From: Macrostomum lignano
Lineage: Eukaryota
DNA length: 64,000 nucleotides
Direction of reading: 5' to 3'
NCBI GenBank assembly: GCA_002269645.1
Contig: NIVC01000666.1
Coordinates: 62,001-126,000, forward strand
Positions 59,131 through 64,000 of the stretch are shown in pieces. The translations under genes were made by a program, and so were the position numbers. The number at the start of each line of letters is the position of its first letter. Positions within the stretch are counted from its first letter, which is position 1. The notes under the pieces were generated by a model that saw only the letters and a program-made list of their open reading frames with translations, was not told the DNA's origin and searched no databases.

Positions 59131-59677
59131 GATGGCGCTGTTCCTCAGCTATGGCAATCTTGTGAGATTTTCCACGCTACGCTTGTACATCACTTGTAAA
59201 TTAACATATTGGGTCACATCAGAAGTTTTTATAACAAGATTTTGTATTTTTAATTTTTGTTTAAACCTCAAACTTCTGCGAGCTTTACTTTTTTACTATT
59301 CTATCACAACTTTAAAACTTCAGAAGATTTAAAACACTATTAATTTTGATTTCATTTTTAATCTTGGCCTAATTTAACTTTTTTTATTTCGTCTCTTCTG
59401 GTCCGCGCTGACATGAGAGATTCTGTGATTGTGGGACTTAATATAACGTGGAATGAAGCAGCATTCTACATATGAATATGATTTAATCGGTTCAAAATGA
59501 GGTCAATAAAAAGTTTCAAACTAGTTTTCTTTGAATTTGCGATAAGAATCTATTTTTAGAAACTTACGCCCCACCCCCAATGAATGAGCGCGAGAGGCCG
59601 TTCGCTGTTCTAAATTTAGAATGCGGAGGGGAATCCTTCGTTCAAAGCTAAATTGCAACGTCATCTTTGCTGGGGCT

Positions 59678-59748
59678 TTCCAGAATATTCCAGCCAATAG
59701 GAGCGCACCACGAAGGGGAGCGACACGTCAACGCTACTGCCAATATAA
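59678..59748 (+). promoter_or_regulatory. HSPA5 promoter: HSE, ERSE, UPRE-like site and TATA
   Basis: TTCcaGAAtaTTC 59678-59690; CCAAT-aggagcgca-CCACG 59694-59712; acacgtca (TGACGTGT on minus) 59723-59730; TATAA 59744-59748. Confidence 0.85.
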
Positions 59749-60033
59749 GCGAGCGGACTCGCGACTGCAAGTTTCTCCATCCTTTAACTCTTCCGACACT
59801 GAGACTAAGAGACACTCAAACAGACTTCTGCAAGCGTCTGCCAGTCTTCACACCCGATCGAATCGCAACTTTTTCTATTGCAATTTATTTGCTAAGCTGC
59901 TTACAGAAATAATCAACAGGGATTGAGAAAGTAAGCGGATCAATTCTGAGATTTCTCTACTGTTAGTATTATAATGCGCATTTTTATCTATTTCGTTCTA
60001 ATTTTTCTACAAATGCGAATCGAATTTCAGACG

Positions 60034-62851
60034 ATGAAAAAGTGCACAATGCTCTGCGCGGCCATCGTGGCCGCCTCTCTGCTTCTGGCCGCTTCTAGCG
60101 CGACCGCTGAAGACCAGAAACCGAAAGAACAGAAAGAAGACGTTGGCACCGTGATTGGCATTGACCTGGGCACCACCTACTCCTGGTACGTTTCTTTCTA
60201 GTTTGAATTTTTTGTAATAGTCTTCAATAGGGCACTGGCTCCACCAACTGGAGAGCTTTGCTACTAACAAGTAGTAATAACCAATCTAACCAATACGATT
60301 CCAGCGTCGGCGTCTACAAGAACGGTCGCGTTGAAATCATCGCCAACGATCAGGGCAACCGGATCACGCCGTCCTATGTCGCCTTCACGCCTGACGGCGA
60401 GCGCCTGATCGGCGACGCGGCGAAGAACCAGCTGACCACCAACCCGGAGAACACCGTGTTCGACGTGAAACGAATAATCGGGCGCAACTATGACGACAGC
60501 ACCGTGCAGAGGGACATCAAGCTGCTGCCTTACAGTGTGGTGAACCGGTCTAAGAAGCCAGCTATTCAGGTTGGTGGAACTGCTGACTTCCTTCTGTGTA
60601 GGCTCAATCTTAGGGAGATCTAGTCTTGGATGAAAATTAGCTAAAAAGTTTTTACCTCCAGATAAAGGAAAGGAAAATAGAGAGGAGATTAGAGAGTAGA
60701 AAGCTGAGAAAAGAGACAAGCCTTGAGCGGAGGGGATGGCAATTTGTGAAGTTTCAAAGGATTCGAGGGCTGGAGTAATTATAACATGTATCCGTAGCCT
60801 CAAGGAATATTACCGTTCTACTAAACCTTGGCCATTCTATCCCGGCCGTCTTTATCTTGAATCCCTCAAACTTCACAACTTCAGCTGCAAGTCGGCAACC
60901 AGACAAAGACCTTCGCCCCCGAGGAAGTATCCGCCATGGTCCTTAGCAAGATGAAGGACATCGCCGAGTCCTACCTGGGCAAGAAAGTCACCCACGCGGT
61001 GGTCACCGTGCCGGCTTACTTCAACGACGCCCAGCGACAGGCCACGAAGGACGCCGGGACGATCGCGGGTCTCAACGTCATGCGGATCATCAACGAGCCG
61101 ACGGCGGCCGCCATCGCCTACGGCCTCGACAAGAAAGGCGCCGAGAAGAACATCCTGGTGTTCGATCTGGGCGGCGGCACCTTCGACGTTTCCGTTCTGA
61201 CCATCGACAACGGCGTCTTCGAGGTGCTGGCCACCAACGGCGACACACACCTGGGCGGTGAGGACTTCGACCAGCGCATCATGGAGTACTTCATCAAGCT
61301 GTACAAGAAGAAGACCGGCAAGGACCTGCGCAAGGACCACCGGGCGGTGCAGAAGCTCCGACGCGAGGTCGAGAAGGCCAAGCGTGCCCTGTCGTCCGCT
61401 CACTCGACCCGCCTGGAGATTGAGTCACTCTACAATGGCGAAGACTTCTCCGAGACGCTGACAAGGGCGAGGTTCGAGGAGCTCAACATGGACCTGTTCC
61501 GCAGCACGCTGAAGCCCGTCCAGAAGGTGCTGGAGGACGCCGACCTGAAGAAGGAGGACATCGCCGAGATCGTGCTGGTGGGCGGCTCCACTCGCATCCC
61601 GAAAGTTCAGCAGCTGGTCAAGGAGTTCTTTGATGGCAAGGAGCTGAACAGGGGCATCAACCCGGATGAAGCCGTCGCCTACGGCGCTGCCGTGCAGGCC
61701 GGTGTGCTCAGCGGCGAGTTCGACTCCAAAGACACCGTGCTCATCGACGTTGCCCCACTGTCGCTCGGCATCGAGACAGTTGGCGGAGTGATGACAAAGC
61801 TGATCAACAGGAACACGGCCATCCCCACGAAGCGGTCGCAGGTGTTCTCAACCGCCGCGGACAATCAGCCGACGGTGACAATCCAGGTGTACGAAGGCGA
61901 GCGGCCCATGACCAAGGACAACCATTTCTTGGGCAAGTTCGACCTCACCGGCATTCCAAATGCGCCGCGAGGCGTGCCGCAGATTGAAGTCTCCTTCGAG
62001 ATCGACGCCAACGGAATTTTGCAGGTGAGTCTGAGGCTAATTTCTAATAAAAAACATCTTAAAGATTGAAGACTGAAACGTTTGGGGTTCGATTCTTGAC
62101 TCACTCGAAACAATTTGTGTCCTTGAGAAAGACACTTTCACAGCTGTAAAATGGGTGCATTAGCTTGGGTTATCGAGGGTGTGGCGACCCCAGTCCTTGG
62201 ACTGAACAGCCGTACGCAGCCTTCAGATGCGCCGAGTAATAGCTGCGGCTGAGCTGTCGGTTGCACATCTGGGCATTAGGGCAGGTGTAATCAAACATTT
62301 GTTTATTATTAGATGTAGTGCATTAATCTCATCAATTAAGACCAGTCCTAGGCTGAGAGTGCCCAGACTCTCCGTCACTCCACCGCTCTCTCTCTCTCAA
62401 ACAACTCCAGGTGTCCGCCGAGGACAAAGGAGCCGGCAGCAAGAACAAGATCGTCATCAACAAAGACCAAAATCGGCTCAACCAGGACGAGATCGAGAAG
62501 ATGATCAAAGACGCGGACACCTACGCTGAGCAGGACAAGCTGGTGAAGGAGCGAGTCGAGGCCAAGAACGAGCTCGAGTCGTACGCCTACTCGATGAAGA
62601 CTCAGATGGCGGACAAGGAGAAGCTGGGCGGCAAGCTGACAGCGGATGACAAGTCAAAGATGGAGACGGCGGTTCAGTCCGCCATCGACTGGCTGGACAA
62701 GAACCAGCAGGCCGACACCGAGGCTCTGAAGGCGAAGAAGAAGGAGCTGGAGGAGGTGGTGCAGCCCATTGTCAGTAAACTGTACCAGAATCAGCAGCAA
62801 CAGCAGCAACAGCAACCAGGCGGTGAGAAAGACAATAAAGACGAACTTTGA
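60034..62851 (+). CDS. HSPA5: BiP/GRP78, join(60034..60185,60305..60569,60885..62024,62411..62851), 665 aa
   Basis: Signal peptide, [55 protein letters not shown]-terminal KDEL; all introns GT-AG; 5'UTR intron 59931-60030. Confidence 0.98.
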
Positions 62852-63246
62852 GAACATTTTTAGCAGCAATTTTTCTAGGCACAAATTCCAACTTTTTCAG
62901 TAATAGTCCAACTTGATGATTGCTTTTTCTACTGTTTGTCTTGCAACTCTTCTGCGCTGACTCATACTGTTGCATGTTGTTTTCATTGCACTGTTTTCAT
63001 CATGGTGAGAGCCACTCTGGCAGTATTTAATTTTATCCAGACTTGAGTAAAATGTAAAAATAATATTTTTTATACTTTCTCCGTGTGTCGCATCTCAGTT
63101 GTTTGTCAGTTGTAAAAATTGTTTAAAAATATGGTTTTACCAAAATAAATAATTCAACTCTGAAGCTATTCATACTACTTACAAGTATTGTTGTTTACTT
63201 GTAATGACTATCGAATTTTGAAGATATGGAATGAGCTGAGATGGAA

Positions 63247-63615
63247 GGGGGGCCATACCCTAGTGGTCAAGCGCGGCGCTCTGATGTGCCAGCGGCCCAG
63301 GCTCGATTCCCAAGTGCAGTCACATTAATTTGGGCCTAAATTAGAATCTCGGCTTGGCTCTGCTCGTGAAATTAACGGCCTTGAGGGCCAACCCCTAATG
63401 TGCCCAACGATAAATAAAGTTAGGGCCGCTGGACACTCCTGTGTGAGTGTGTGCCTGTGCGTATGACTGCGTACGTATCCGCGCGCTTGTTTGCCTGCTC
63501 AGGGGAGTCGGCGGAATGGGCAGCAATGCCTCTCACCGGTTTTGTGCCTATGTCGCTGAGAGGGTGCAAACAACCCCTGCCTCTGCATCTCATAAAAATA
63601 TGAGATGAGATGAGA
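63247..63615 (+). mobile_element. tRNA-derived SINE
   Basis: A-box tagtggtcaag (63261), B-box ggctcgattccc (~63300), ~300-bp body, (ATGAG)n tail. Confidence 0.7.
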
Positions 63616-64000
63616 TGGGATGAAATGGGATTGCATGAGATGAGATGGGATGGGATGGGATGGGATGGGATGGGATGGGATGGGATGGGATGGGATGGGA
63701 TGGGATGGGATGGGATGGGATGGGATGGGATGGGATTGGACTGGATGGGATGGGATGGGATGGGATGGGATGGGATGGGATGGGATTGGATGGGATTGGA
63801 TGGGATGGGATGGGATTGGATGGGATGGGATGGGATTGGATGGGATGGGATGGGATTGGATGGGATTGGATGGGATTGGATGGGATGGGATGGGATGGGA
63901 TGGGATTGGATTGGATGGGATGGGATGAGATGGGATGGGATGGGATGGGATGGGATGGGATTGGATGGGATTGGATGGGATGGGATGGGATGGGATGGGA
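63600..64000. repeat. (ATGAG) to (ATGGG/ATTGG)n pentanucleotide array
   Basis: Runs to the window end. Confidence 0.97.

Noticed and set aside
60873-61403. 176-aa antisense ORF
   Set aside because: Well-known open antisense frame of GC-rich hsp70 genes, often misannotated as NAD-glutamate dehydrogenase.

Overview
Animal (eukaryotic) genomic DNA, not prokaryotic. GC-rich exons, poly-Q runs and minisatellite-filled introns resemble a flatworm such as Macrostomum, but that is inference only. Host genes read by hand: RABL2 (minus, 5 exons, runs off the left edge, absent from the ORF track), TMEM258 (+), CCP110-like (+, 3 exons), a single-exon RING-finger gene (-), an AP-2 transcription factor (-, at least 6 exons), an unknown exon (-) and BiP/HSPA5 (+, 4 coding exons, KDEL) with a textbook HSE + ERSE promoter. 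Mobile DNA: a 4.2-kb non-autonomous Helitron and a MITE in RABL2 intron 1; a nest of a truncated Mag/Gypsy element (+), an ORF-less promoter-to-polyA LTR-like unit (-) and a full-length decayed Mag/Gypsy element (-); a Merlin (IS1595-like) transposase relic; palindromic MITEs; and a tRNA-derived SINE. A ~4.15-kb microhomology-joined tandem triplication (19401-31847) creates two truncated chimeric TMEM258 copies upstream of the intact gene. About 28 tandem arrays explain most of the long ORFs in the track.
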